Assembly: GCA_937952305.1 (NCBI GenBank)
Contig: CALFZO010000006.1
Span: 136,558 to 200,557, forward strand
Source: an uncultured Anaerolineales bacterium
GTDB taxonomy: Bacteria; Chloroflexota; Anaerolineae; Anaerolineales; UBA6663
Direction: 5' to 3'
Length of the DNA: 64,000 nt
Below are positions 1 through 9,039 of the stretch, piece after piece. Made by a program: the position numbers and the translations under genes. Within the stretch, counting starts at the first letter, position 1; the number at the start of each line of letters is the position of its first letter. The notes beneath the pieces are model-generated. The model did no database searches. It was not told the origin of the DNA and saw only the letters and a program-made list of their open reading frames with translations.

Positions 1-1064
1 GCGGTGACGCGGCGGGTGAGGAAGCGCTTGAGCTCGCGCCGAATCAAGTCCACGGCGCGATCCACGTTGGCGGAGCCGACGCCGGCGTAAGCGTACCAGG
101 CGCCCGGCCCCAGGCCGCCGTTGAGGGCGCTGCCGGCGTAGTAGGCCAGGCCGTTCTTCTCGCGCACTTCGTGGCCGATGCGCCCGCCCATCCCGAAGAC
201 GCCCAGAATGTTGTTGGCCAGGCGGGCGGCCAGGAAACGCGGATGACGGCGGGCCGGGCCGGGCACGCCCAGCAGCACATCGCTCTGGGCTTTGCCGGCC
301 ATGGCGACGTGGCGCTTGACGATCGCGGTCGGGCGGCTGATCTCGGGCAGCGCCGGCAGGTCGCCCTGGGCCGGGTTGGTCCAGTCGCCAAAGTGCTTGG
401 CCACCAGGTCCACCGCGGCCTCGGCCGACACGGCGCCGACCACGGTGACCAGCATCCCGCGCGGGCCGTAGTGCGTGCCGTGGAAACGAATCAGGTCCTC
501 GCGCGTCAGGGCGCGGATGGTCTCGGGATAGCCGTCTTCTTCGATGCTGTAAGGATGGCCGGGGTAGGCCAGCTCATAGAAGGCCTCGCTGGCGCGCGAG
601 CGGGTGTCGTTGGCCTGGATGTTGAGGCGCGTCAGGATCTCGCCGCGCAAGCGCTCGACCTGCTCGGGCGGGAAGGTCGGCCGGCGCAGAGCGTCGGCGG
701 CCAGGCCCAGGATCAGGTCCAGGTCCTCGGCCAGGCTCTTGCCGTAGAAGCCGGAGGTGTGCGTGCCGCCGGACACCGACAGGCTGGCCCCGACCGACTC
801 GATCTGTTCGTAGATCTCGGCGAAGCTGTGGCGCGCGGTGCCGCGCATCAGGGACGCGGCGGTGAAGTCTGAGAGCCCGGCCTGCTCGCGGCCGTGCCAG
901 AGCGCGCCGACGCGCAGGTCGGCGTCCACCACCACCGAAGGGCTGGTGAAGTTCTCGCGGGCCAGCACCACCACGCCGTTGGGCAGTTCCCGCCGGGTGA
1001 TGTCGTCCGGGCCGGGGAGCGAGTTCGCCGCGGTGGTCAGTTTCTTCTCTTTTTTCTTGGGCAT
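1..1064 (-). CDS. M16-family peptidase-like protein, probable non-catalytic partner subunit (partial; C-terminus lies beyond window start)
   Basis: Own minus-strand translation from ATG at 1064-1062: MPKKKEKKLTTAANSLPGPDDITRRELPNGVVVLARENF... The sequence is M16-like, but the zinc-site position reads GLSDFTAASLMRG rather than HxxEH. It is absent from the ORF track because no stop falls inside the window. Confidence 0.75.
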   Translation of the reverse strand, partial: MPKKKEKKLTTAANSLPGPDDITRRELPNGVVVLARENFTSPSVVVDADLRVGALWHGREQAGLSDFTAASLMRGTARHSFAEIYEQIESVGASLSVSGGTHTSGFYGKSLAEDLDLILGLAADALRRPTFPPEQVERLRGEILTRLNIQANDTRSRASEAFYELAYPGHPYSIEEDGYPETIRALTREDLIRFHGTHYGPRGMLVTVVGAVSAEAAVDLVAKHFGDWTNPAQGDLPALPEISRPTAIVKRHVAMAGKAQSDVLLGVPGPARRHPRFLAARLANNILGVFGMGGRIGHEVREKNGLAYYAGSALNGGLGPGAWYAYAGVGSANVDRAVDLIRRELKRFLTRRVT

Positions 1065-1224
1065 CCTGACGGGCGAGGGCGGCCGCCGGCGGTCAAGCCC
1101 GGGGTCCGGCCGTCGCGCTCCTTCCTGAGCTAGGGCCTCGTCCCCCGGAAAGGCTGGACGAGCGCCGCTGGACGCAAAACGGTATTGGCCTGCCGGTCTC
1201 CATCGCGCTCCGATGGAGGCAAGG

Positions 1225-2511
1225 CTAGGCGGGCTGCGCCGGCCGCACATGGCCGACGGTCCGGCTGGTGCGGGCGAGATACTTCTGCGCCACGCGCTGG
1301 ATATCGGCCACGGTCACAGCTTCCAGGCGCGGCAGGTAGTTCTCGAACCAGGTGTAGTCCTGCAGCACTTCGGTGAAGCCCAGCCAGAAGCCCTGATTGG
1401 TGACGCTCTCGGCGCCGTAGGCGAACAGGGCTTTGGCCTGCTTGACGGCCTTGCGCAGCTCGTCGGCGCTGACCGGCTCGCGGCGCATCCGGTCGATCTC
1501 GGCGTCCAGCGCGGCCTCCACCGCCTCCAGCGTCTGGCCGGCGCGCACCGTGGCGAAGACCGAGTACAGGTACGGGTCCACGGTCGGGGTCAGCGTGCCG
1601 CTCACACCGGCGGCCAGCCCGGTCTGGACCAGGGCCTGGTACAGGCGCGACGACTTGTTGCTGGTGCCGCCGCCGCCGAACATATTGAACGACGAGGCGC
1701 CGGCCAGGATGCTGTCCAGCGCCACCATCGGGTAGAAATCCGGATCGGTGGCGGCCGGGGCGTGGTAGGCGAAGGTGACGTAGGCGGTCTCGCCCTCGTC
1801 CGAGATCGTCACGCGGCGCTCGCCCTTCTGGGCCGGCTCGGGCCGCGGCGCCAGCGCCGGCCGCTCCACGGCGGCGTGCTCGCCGAAGAGCGTCTTCAGG
1901 CGGGCCAGCAGCGCCCGCCGGTCGAAGTCGCCGACCGCGACGACGATGGCGTTGTTGGGGGCGTAGTAGTGGTGATAGTGCGCCACCAGGTCCGCGCGCG
2001 TCATCGAGTGCAGGTCGGCCAGGTCGCCGATGACTTCGTGGTGATACGGATGGACGCGGAAGGCCGCGTTCTGGACCTCTTCGCTGAGCCGGAAAGTCGG
2101 CTCGTTCTCGTACATCTGCCGCTCGGAGATGATGACGGTGCGCTCGGACTCCACCTCCTTGGGCGGGAAGAGCGCGGCGCGCATCCGGTCGGCCTCCAGC
2201 CGCAGGGCGTAGTCGATCGTGGCGGCCGGCATGGTCTCAAAGTAGGCCGTCCAGTCGATCCAGGTCATCGCGTTGCGGAAACCGCCGTCGCGCGCGATCT
2301 CGCGGTCGGCCGTGTTGCCCGGGAACTTCTTGGTCCCCTTGAACATCATGTGCTCGACCCAGTGGCTGATCCCGGTGGTGCCGGAGCGCTCGTGGCGCGA
2401 GCCGACGCGGTACCACACCCACCAGGAGATGACCGGGGCGACGTGGACTTCTTTGAGGACGACCGTCAGCCCGTTCTTGAACTTGGTCTTGTAGATCCCG
2501 TTCGTTTTCAT
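1225..2511 (-). CDS. M16-family zinc metallopeptidase (pitrilysin/insulinase type)
   Basis: 428-aa ORF with the inverted zinc motif HxxEH present as GISHWVEHMMFKGT. It lies on the same strand, directly upstream of a second M16-like gene. Confidence 0.9.
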   Translation of the reverse strand: MKTNGIYKTKFKNGLTVVLKEVHVAPVISWWVWYRVGSRHERSGTTGISHWVEHMMFKGTKKFPGNTADREIARDGGFRNAMTWIDWTAYFETMPAATIDYALRLEADRMRAALFPPKEVESERTVIISERQMYENEPTFRLSEEVQNAAFRVHPYHHEVIGDLADLHSMTRADLVAHYHHYYAPNNAIVVAVGDFDRRALLARLKTLFGEHAAVERPALAPRPEPAQKGERRVTISDEGETAYVTFAYHAPAATDPDFYPMVALDSILAGASSFNMFGGGGTSNKSSRLYQALVQTGLAAGVSGTLTPTVDPYLYSVFATVRAGQTLEAVEAALDAEIDRMRREPVSADELRKAVKQAKALFAYGAESVTNQGFWLGFTEVLQDYTWFENYLPRLEAVTVADIQRVAQKYLARTSRTVGHVRPAQPA

Positions 2512-2551
2512 CCGGTCTCCGCTTCCGCCAGCCGGCCGCCCCGGCCCGGCT

Positions 2552-3847
2552 TCAGGCGCGGCCCATGCCGCGGTATTCGAAGCCCAGCTCCTTCAGGCGC
2601 TTGGGGTCGTACAGGTTGCGGCCATCCACCATCACCGGCTTGCGCATGCTGGTCTTGAGACGAGCCAGATCCAGCTGCTTGAACTCGTTCCACTCGGTGC
2701 ACACCACCAGGGCGTCGACGTCCTGGGCGACCTCGTAGGCGTTGGCGCACATCTGCACGCCCGGCATCATGCGCTCGGCGATGTGCATGGCGACCGGGTC
2801 ATAGCCCTTGATCGTGGCGCCCTCGGCCTGCAGCGCGCGCGCGATCTCCACCGACGGCGCGTCACGCATGTCGTCGGTGTTGGGTTTGAAGGCCAGCCCG
2901 AGCAGGCCGATGGTCTTGCCCTTCATGCTGCCGAGCAGCTCGCGCGTCTTGAGGATGACCTGGCGGCGCTGGTACTTGTTGATGTCCATCACGGACTGCA
3001 GCAGCTGCGGGTGCTTGCCCTGCACGGTGGCCATGTAGGCCAGGGCGCGCACGTCCTTGGGGAAGCAGCTGCCGCCCCAGCCCAGGCCGGCGTTGAGGAA
3101 ATGCTTGCCGATGCGCGGGTCGTAGCCCATGCCGGCCGCCACCTCTTTGACGTCGGCGCCGAGCGCCTCGCAGATGTTGGCGATCTCGTTGATGAACGAA
3201 ATCTTGGTGGCCAGGAAGGCGTTGGACGCGTACTTGATCATCTCGGCGGTGCGCAGGTCGGTGACGACGATGGGCGCGCGCAGCGAGAGGTGCAGGTCGG
3301 CCACGCTGTTGGCGGCGGCACGGTCAGTGGAGCCCAGCACGATGCGGGCCGGGTTCATGAAGTCGGAGATGGCCGAGCCCTCGGCCAGAAACTCCGGGCA
3401 CGAGACCACGCTGAACGGGATCGGGTTGGGCTGCTTGCCGCGGACGATATCGGCCACCCAGTCGCCGGTGCCCACCGGCACCGTGGACTTGTTGACGATG
3501 ATCAGCGGCTTCTGCATGTGCTCGGCGATGGCCTCGGCCGCGCTGCGCACGTATTTCAGGTCGGCCTCGCCATCCACGCCTTCCGGCGTGCCCACGGCGA
3601 TGAAAGCGAAATCCGCATCGCGCAGCGCCTCGGTGTAGGAGGTGGTGAAGTCCAGGCGGTCAGCAGCGACGTTGCGCTTGACCATCTCCTCCAGGCCCGG
3701 CTCGTAGATCGGCAGGATGCCCTTCTTGAGGTTCTCGATGCGCTCCGCGCTGATGTCGAGCGCGATCACGCGGTTGCCCAAGTCGGCGAAGCAGGTGCCA
3801 GTCACCAGCCCCACGTACCCCACGCCGACGACGCATATCTTCTTCAC
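2552..3847 (-). CDS. ugd: UDP-glucose 6-dehydrogenase
   Basis: 431 aa with an N-terminal Rossmann motif [12 protein letters not shown] and the catalytic-Cys motif [10 protein letters not shown]. The GTG start is preceded by AAGGAGAG. Confidence 0.9.
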   Translation of the reverse strand: MKKICVVGVGYVGLVTGTCFADLGNRVIALDISAERIENLKKGILPIYEPGLEEMVKRNVAADRLDFTTSYTEALRDADFAFIAVGTPEGVDGEADLKYVRSAAEAIAEHMQKPLIIVNKSTVPVGTGDWVADIVRGKQPNPIPFSVVSCPEFLAEGSAISDFMNPARIVLGSTDRAAANSVADLHLSLRAPIVVTDLRTAEMIKYASNAFLATKISFINEIANICEALGADVKEVAAGMGYDPRIGKHFLNAGLGWGGSCFPKDVRALAYMATVQGKHPQLLQSVMDINKYQRRQVILKTRELLGSMKGKTIGLLGLAFKPNTDDMRDAPSVEIARALQAEGATIKGYDPVAMHIAERMMPGVQMCANAYEVAQDVDALVVCTEWNEFKQLDLARLKTSMRKPVMVDGRNLYDPKRLKELGFEYRGMGRA

Positions 3848-3952
3848 AATGGTCTCTCCTTAGGAAAAGAAAACGGGCTCCAGATAGCCGATGCCCAGAG
3901 TACCGAGGATGGTCACTGAGCAACAGTCGCCCGTTTATCCCATTCAACCAGG

Positions 3953-3961
3953 ATCATACCA
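3953..3961 (-). promoter_or_regulatory. Extended -10-like element (TGGTATGAT on minus strand) about 100 nt upstream of ugd
   Basis: The reverse complement of 3953-3961 reads TGGTATGAT. No good -35 was seen. Confidence 0.35.
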
Positions 3962-3993
3962 TATCGGTTATGTCTCATCGACACCCGGCCGCG

Positions 3994-4365
3994 CTAGGCC
4001 CAGCCGCGCGCGGTCAGCTCATCTTCATCATAGCCGAAGTAGTGGCCAAGCTCGTGGACCAGCGTGATGCGGATCTCGCGGCGCAATTCGGCTTCGGTCG
4101 GCGCGGCCTCGAGCAGGGGCCGATAGAACAGGGTGATACGATCCGGCTGGAAATAGACGTCGTCCGGGCGCCGCTCCACCAGCGGCACACCTTCATATAA
4201 GCCCAGCAGGCCCTCACCCTCGGGGTCCTGCTCCGCGGTCGGCGCGTCGGCGACCTCCAGCACGACGCTGGCCGCTTCGGCCCGCAGCTCGTCTGGCAGC
4301 TGCTCCAGCACCGCCTCGGCGATCTGGTAGACCAGGTCTTCAAAATGTCGGCGCGAGATTGGCAT
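3994..4365 (-). CDS. Small metallopeptidase-family protein (zinicin-like, HExxH)
   Basis: 123 aa with a C-terminal LVHELGHYFGYDEDEL motif. Confidence 0.7.
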   Translation of the reverse strand: MPISRRHFEDLVYQIAEAVLEQLPDELRAEAASVVLEVADAPTAEQDPEGEGLLGLYEGVPLVERRPDDVYFQPDRITLFYRPLLEAAPTEAELRREIRITLVHELGHYFGYDEDELTARGWA

Positions 4366-4385
4366 TCAGCGATTCTAGCCGTGAG

Positions 4386-4391
4386 TATAAT
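4386..4391 (+). promoter_or_regulatory. TATAAT -10-like hexamer preceding a ~270-nt structured untranslated region
   Basis: Perfect TATAAT sits in the gap between divergent genes. The next + strand start codon is at 4668. Confidence 0.3.
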
Positions 4392-4667
4392 CTTCCACAA
4401 CCGGCCGGGCAGTTTGCGGGCCTCCGCTGAGAGTCGTCTAATTCAGGCGTGGAGAGCAGCCTGAGCGGAGTGACGCGGAGTCTGGGACGCTGGCCACGCC
4501 GGTCTGATTTGGCAAGGCTGAACGTCTATCCAACCACCGTGGCGTCCCAGACGTGGCGGCCGCGATCACGTTCCCGGCCGCGGCCCGCGCCATCCACGGC
4601 GCCTTGATCCCGGTCCACGGTCCAGATTAACTGACCCGTCCCGCCGTGCGCCCTGGAGTCAATCACA

Positions 4668-5873
4668 GTGCTGGTCTTGGAATTGAGCGCCTTCGCGCTG
4701 ACGGCCTGGCTGGGCCTGTACCTGCTGGGGCGCAACCCGGCTAACCCACAGATGCGCCTGGCCGCGCTGGGAGCGCTGGCTTATGCGCTGGCGCTGGCGG
4801 GTGAGACGCTCGGCGCAGCGCTGGCGCGTGCCGGGACTCCGCTGGCGTCCTGGCTGGCGGCCTGGCTGGCGCCCTGGCGCTGGCCCGTCCTCGGCCTGCC
4901 GGCCATCTTCTGGGCCGGCGCCCTGGTCGCGCTGGGGCGGGCCGGGCCGGGGGCGCGCCCGCGCGGGCCGCTGGCGGCGGTGGCCGTGGCCACGCTTTTC
5001 TTCGGGCTCGGGCTGGGGCTGATCATCTTCCCGTTGAACTGGCTGCCGCGCGGCTGGGCGCTGCTCGCCATCAGCGTCGACCTGGCCGCGCTGGGTCTGG
5101 CTATCGCCGGGCTGGATGCCTTCGCCGAGGGCGAGGCCTTGCGCCCTGAGATGGCGCGCTCGTTTCTGGCCTCGGCCGCCGCCGTCCTGGTCTTTGCCGC
5201 CCCCGTCGCCCTGGTGATCACGACCAGCACCGGGCCAACGCCGCCCATGCTGGCGCTGCTCTTCGGCCTGGCCGCGGCCGCCATCGCCGGGCAAGTCTTC
5301 GCCGACCCGGTCCAGGCCGGCCTGGACCGCTTGGCCTTCTTCCAGGCGCCGCGCCTGCGCCGCGAACGCGCCGACCTGCGCGCCGTGGCCAGCGCCCTGC
5401 CGCGCGCCGACACCGGCCAGGACCCGGCTGCCCTGGACGAAGCCGAGTTCGGGCGGCAGACCCGCCGCGCCCTCAGCCACATGCAGGACCTGGCGCGCCT
5501 GTCCGCCAGCCCGCTGGCGCGGCTGCCGGTCATCACCGCCCGCCTGGCGGCGCGGGGCGCGCGCGACGACAGCCTGGAGCGCGCCCAGGAGCTGCGGGCT
5601 TTGCTGGCCGAGTCCATCCAGCGCCTCAAGCCGCGCGGCGCGGCCGCGTTCGGCACCTCGGACGAGTGGCGCCACTACAACGCCGTCTACTTCCCGTACG
5701 TCGTCGGCCTGCGCCCGTATGCGCGCCGCGCTGACGCCGAGCCGCTGGGCGCGGACGCGCAATCCGCGCTGGACTGGTTCCGCGCCAGCGTGCCGGAACG
5801 CACGCTGTACAACTGGCAGAACGCCGCCGCCCGCCTCATCGCCCAGGACCTGCGCGGTCGGCCCGAGACATAA
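4668..5873 (+). CDS. Hypothetical polytopic membrane protein with a soluble C-terminal domain
   Basis: 401 aa from a GTG start. The N-terminal ~230 aa are hydrophobic helices (LTAWLGLYLLG, LLFGLAAAAIAG). The C-terminal half is charged and helical. The competing minus-strand ORF 4659-5972 is Arg/Gly/Gln junk. Confidence 0.55.
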   Translation: MLVLELSAFALTAWLGLYLLGRNPANPQMRLAALGALAYALALAGETLGAALARAGTPLASWLAAWLAPWRWPVLGLPAIFWAGALVALGRAGPGARPRGPLAAVAVATLFFGLGLGLIIFPLNWLPRGWALLAISVDLAALGLAIAGLDAFAEGEALRPEMARSFLASAAAVLVFAAPVALVITTSTGPTPPMLALLFGLAAAAIAGQVFADPVQAGLDRLAFFQAPRLRRERADLRAVASALPRADTGQDPAALDEAEFGRQTRRALSHMQDLARLSASPLARLPVITARLAARGARDDSLERAQELRALLAESIQRLKPRGAAAFGTSDEWRHYNAVYFPYVVGLRPYARRADAEPLGADAQSALDWFRASVPERTLYNWQNAAARLIAQDLRGRPET

Positions 5874-5970
5874 CCCCCCAACTGGCAGTCGTTGGCACCG
5901 TCCGGCCTGGAACTGGCAGCGCCGGAACGCTAGTCTGTAAGCCAATCTTCTCAATGAAAGGCTTTCAGAC

Positions 5971-6396
5971 ATGACCGCTCAACCCCTGCCCGTGTCCGCC
6001 GACAACTTCCTGCGCCGCGCCCTGCTGGCCGACAGCGTTTTCTCGGCCCTGGCCGGCGCGGCCTGCCTGGCCGCCGGCCAGCCGCTGGCGGCGTTGATGG
6101 GCCTGGCCTCGCCGGTCGCCCTGTCCGGCGTCGCCGCTGTCTGTGCCGCCTACGCGACCGGCCTCGCGCTGATCCTGCGCCAGCGCCCGATCGCGCGGCC
6201 GGCCGCGCTCTTCGTCATCGGCGGCAACAGCGCCTGGGCCGCGGCCAGTTACCTCCTGCTGCTGAGCGGCTGGGTGGCCTTCACGCCGGCAGGTTGGTGG
6301 CTGGTGGCGATCCAGGCCGACCTGGTGGCCGCGCTGGCCATCGCCCAATACCTCGGGCTGCGCCAGAGGGAGGCCGCCGCGCAGGCCGCCTCCTGA
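5971..6396 (+). CDS. Hypothetical small integral membrane protein
   Basis: 141 aa with about four hydrophobic segments. ATG start with GAAAGG upstream. No family recognised. Confidence 0.5.
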   Translation: MTAQPLPVSADNFLRRALLADSVFSALAGAACLAAGQPLAALMGLASPVALSGVAAVCAAYATGLALILRQRPIARPAALFVIGGNSAWAAASYLLLLSGWVAFTPAGWWLVAIQADLVAALAIAQYLGLRQREAAAQAAS

Positions 6397-6420
6397 TCCG
6401 GAGGCCGGCTCCAAGGATCC

Positions 6421-6455
6421 GGCTCTGCGCCTCGCCTCCGTTGAGGCGCAGAGCC
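6421..6455 (+). terminator. GC-rich hairpin after the 5971-6396 gene (13-bp perfect stem, no U tract)
   Basis: GGCTCTGCGCCTC (6421-6433) pairs with GAGGCGCAGAGCC (6443-6455) across a 9-nt loop. Confidence 0.45.
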
Positions 6456-6466
6456 GGCGGGCGCTG

Positions 6467-6475
6467 TGCTACAAT
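6467..6475 (+). promoter_or_regulatory. Extended -10-like element TGCTACAAT upstream of recF
   Basis: TGnTACAAT ends 10 nt before the recF ATG at 6486. No SD sequence lies in between. Confidence 0.4.
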
Positions 6476-6485
6476 CCTCGCGCCC

Positions 6486-7688
6486 ATGCGCGTCCGACAT
6501 CTCTCGCTGACCAATTTCCGCCTGTACGCGCGGCTCGAGTCGCCGCTGCCGGCCGGCCCGCTCATCCTGGTGGGAGCCAATGCCCAGGGCAAGACCAGCC
6601 TGCTGGAAGCCCTGTACTATCTGGCGACGGCCCAATCCCACCATGCCGCCACTGACCGCCAGCTCATCCACTTCTTGGCCCTGGACGAAACCCAGCCGTT
6701 CGCGCGCATCGTGGCCGAGGTGGAGGCACGCCAGGAAGTGCTGCGCGTCGAGATCCGCCTGATCGTGGACCCCGGCAATGGCGACGGCCGGCTGCGCAAA
6801 GAGATCCTGCTCAACGGCGCCAAGAAGCGCGTCGGCGACCTGGCCGGGCGCGTCAACGTGGTGCTCTTCCTGCCGCAAGACATGGCCATCGTGGAGGGCG
6901 CGCCGTCCGACCGCCGCCGGTATCTTGACCTGGCGCTGGCCCAGGTGGACGGCGCTTATCACTTTGCTCTGGGCGAGTACGCCAAAGTGCTCACGCAGCG
7001 CAATGCCCTGCTCAAGCAGCTGCAGGAGCGCGGCGGCAGCCCAGACCAGTTGGACTTCTGGGACGACAAGCTCGGCGAGCTGGCCGGCACGCTGATGGCC
7101 GCGCGCGTCGCGGCCCTGGCCGAGCTGGAGGCGCTGGCCGCGCCCATCCACCGCGACCTGACCGCCGGCCAGAGCGGGCTGCGCCTGGCCTACCATCCGG
7201 CCTTTGACCCGGTGGCGGCGCCGGACGGGCAGCTCGGCCTGCCGCTGCAGGTGCCCGTTCACCGCGTGGGGCTTGCGGCCGCCGACATCGAGGCGCGGCT
7301 CAAAGCGAAACTGCGCGCCTGCCGCGGCGAGGAGATCGCGCGCGGCGCCACCCTGTACGGCCCGCACCGCGACGAACTGCGCTTCGTGGCCAACGGCGTC
7401 GACGTGGGCACCTACGGCTCGCGCGGCCAGGCGCGCACGGCCGTGCTGGCCCTCAAGCTGGCGGAGCTGGCCTGGATGCGCGCGCGCTCCGGCGAGTGGC
7501 CGGTGCTGCTGTTGGACGAAGTGCTGGCCGAGCTGGACGCCAACCGGCGGCGGGACCTGCTTAACCGCCTGGACGGCGCCGAGCAGTGTGTGCTGACGAC
7601 GACCGACCTCAACCTCTTCCCGGACGAGTTCCGCCAGCGCGCCACCGTCTGGCACATCCAGAACGGCCAGGTCGTGCGCGGCCACTGA
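6486..7688 (+). CDS. recF: DNA replication and repair protein RecF
   Basis: An internal ATG of ORF 6294-7688 gives MRVRHLSLTNFRLYARL... Walker A is GANAQGKTSLLEA and the C-terminal LLLDEVLAELD is Walker B/signature-like. The upstream 64 codons overlap the preceding gene and look non-coding. Confidence 0.9.
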   Translation: MRVRHLSLTNFRLYARLESPLPAGPLILVGANAQGKTSLLEALYYLATAQSHHAATDRQLIHFLALDETQPFARIVAEVEARQEVLRVEIRLIVDPGNGDGRLRKEILLNGAKKRVGDLAGRVNVVLFLPQDMAIVEGAPSDRRRYLDLALAQVDGAYHFALGEYAKVLTQRNALLKQLQERGGSPDQLDFWDDKLGELAGTLMAARVAALAELEALAAPIHRDLTAGQSGLRLAYHPAFDPVAAPDGQLGLPLQVPVHRVGLAAADIEARLKAKLRACRGEEIARGATLYGPHRDELRFVANGVDVGTYGSRGQARTAVLALKLAELAWMRARSGEWPVLLLDEVLAELDANRRRDLLNRLDGAEQCVLTTTDLNLFPDEFRQRATVWHIQNGQVVRGH

Positions 7689-7702
7689 CCGCGGCCATAA
7701 AA

Positions 7703-7738
7703 AGAGCGACGGGCCACCTAGCCCGTCGCTCTCGTTTA
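7703..7738. terminator. Bidirectional intrinsic terminator between convergent recF and the HtrA-like gene
   Basis: AGAGCGACGGGC (7703-7714) pairs with GCCCGTCGCTCT (7721-7732), a 12-bp perfect stem. It is flanked by AAAAAG on the left (a T-run for the minus transcript) and CGTTT on the right. Confidence 0.7.
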
Positions 7739-7760
7739 CACCAGCGCCCTCAGCCGGCGC

Positions 7761-8933
7761 CTACGGCCGCTCGCCCAGGATCACCTGCACGTCCTGGCGT
7801 TCACCCCCGCGGATCACCGTCAGCGTCACGGCGTCACCCGGCCGCTTGTTGTTGATCAGGTAGCTCATCAAATCGCCGAGCACGCGCACCTCGCGGCCGT
7901 CCACGGCCACGATCAGATCGCCGTCCCCATTGAACCCGCTGAAGCTGTCCGAGGCCGAGTCCGGCTGCAGGCCGGCCTGGTCGGCCGGGCCGCCGGCCGT
8001 GACCGTGGTTACGTAGGTGCCGCTGGCCTGCGGCAGGTCCAACTGCTCTTGCAGTGAGAGCGACAGCTCCGGCAGGCTGGAGATGCCCAGATACGGATAG
8101 ATGAACTGGCCCTCGGAAATCAGGTAGGGCACCACCTGACGAACGGTGTTGGCGGCCACGGCGTAGCCGACGCCGGCGCCGATGCCGGTCTCGGTGGCGA
8201 TGGCGCGGTTGATGCCGATCACCTCGCCGCTCAAGTTGAGCAGCGGGCCGCCGGAGTTGCCGGGGTTGATGGGCGCGTCCGTCTGCAGGACGTCCGGCGC
8301 CGTGAAGCGGCCGCCGCCGCCTGGGGCGGTGCGATTGCTGCTCAGCGTGCGCCCGGTGCCGGAGATGATGCCGAGCGTCATCGTGCCGGCCTCCCCGAAC
8401 GGGTTGCCGATGGCGATGGCGCGCTGGCCGACGCGCACCTGGTCTGAGTCGGCCAGGACCAGCGGAGTCACATCCGGCGGGATCTCGTCCACCTTAACGA
8501 CTGCCAGGTCGCTGTCTGGGTCGGTGCCCAGCACCCGGCCGCGCGTCTTCAGCCCGGACGGAAAATCCACCTCGATGCTGGTGGCGCCGTCGACGACGTG
8601 CTGGTTGGTAACGATGTGGCCGTCCAGGTCGTACAAGAAGCCGGAGCCCTGGCCGCCGCCGTCGGCGGTCTCCACCAGGAAGGACACCACCGCCGGGTTG
8701 ACGCGGGCGTACAGGTCGATCAGGGCGTCTTCCTCAGACGAGGTGATCGTGAGATTGGTCTGCGGCGCCGCACTGCCGTCCGTGCCCAGCTGCGGCGCGG
8801 GCACGAGCTGGGTGATGACGACGGGCACCGCGGTGGGCTGCGGCGCCGCCGTGGGCGCCAAGCCGCTGCAAGCCAAACCAGCCAGCGCCAAAGCGGTCAC
8901 GGCGAGGGCCGGGAAACGGACAGACGAACGCAT
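7761..8933 (-). CDS. S1C (HtrA/DegP-type) serine protease with C-terminal PDZ domain
   Basis: 390 aa with a signal/lipobox-like N-terminus (LALAGLACSG). Catalytic motifs are TNQHVV, DLAVVKV and GNSGGPLLN, followed by a PDZ-like C-terminus. Confidence 0.9.
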   Translation of the reverse strand: MRSSVRFPALAVTALALAGLACSGLAPTAAPQPTAVPVVITQLVPAPQLGTDGSAAPQTNLTITSSEEDALIDLYARVNPAVVSFLVETADGGGQGSGFLYDLDGHIVTNQHVVDGATSIEVDFPSGLKTRGRVLGTDPDSDLAVVKVDEIPPDVTPLVLADSDQVRVGQRAIAIGNPFGEAGTMTLGIISGTGRTLSSNRTAPGGGGRFTAPDVLQTDAPINPGNSGGPLLNLSGEVIGINRAIATETGIGAGVGYAVAANTVRQVVPYLISEGQFIYPYLGISSLPELSLSLQEQLDLPQASGTYVTTVTAGGPADQAGLQPDSASDSFSGFNGDGDLIVAVDGREVRVLGDLMSYLINNKRPGDAVTLTVIRGGERQDVQVILGERP

Positions 8934-9039
8934 AAGGCCTCCTCAAAGACGCGGCCAAGCCAACCGGGCGGCCGCGTTGTTGTTAATCTAGCGCGGCGAG
9001 ATAAAAGCGGGGTGAGAGTTGGCGTTGTGGGCGGAAAGA

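Noticed and set aside
1213-2658. Other long antisense or overlapping ORFs (for example 1213-2658, 4659-5972, 6249-7685, 15728-16954, 27608-29245, 30454-31884, 36158-37576, 38360-40135, 44529-46106, 45899-47464)
   Set aside because: The reasoning is the same. Each overlaps a gene with recognisable family motifs on the other strand or frame and has junk-like composition.
4441-4470. SRP (4.5S) RNA, suggested by AGCAGCC after a TCAGGC/GCCTGA helix
   Set aside because: The apical part is too short: there is no GNRA tetraloop closed by the conserved helix and no symmetric or asymmetric loop pattern. A 15-nt one-sided bulge is also unlike SRP domain IV.
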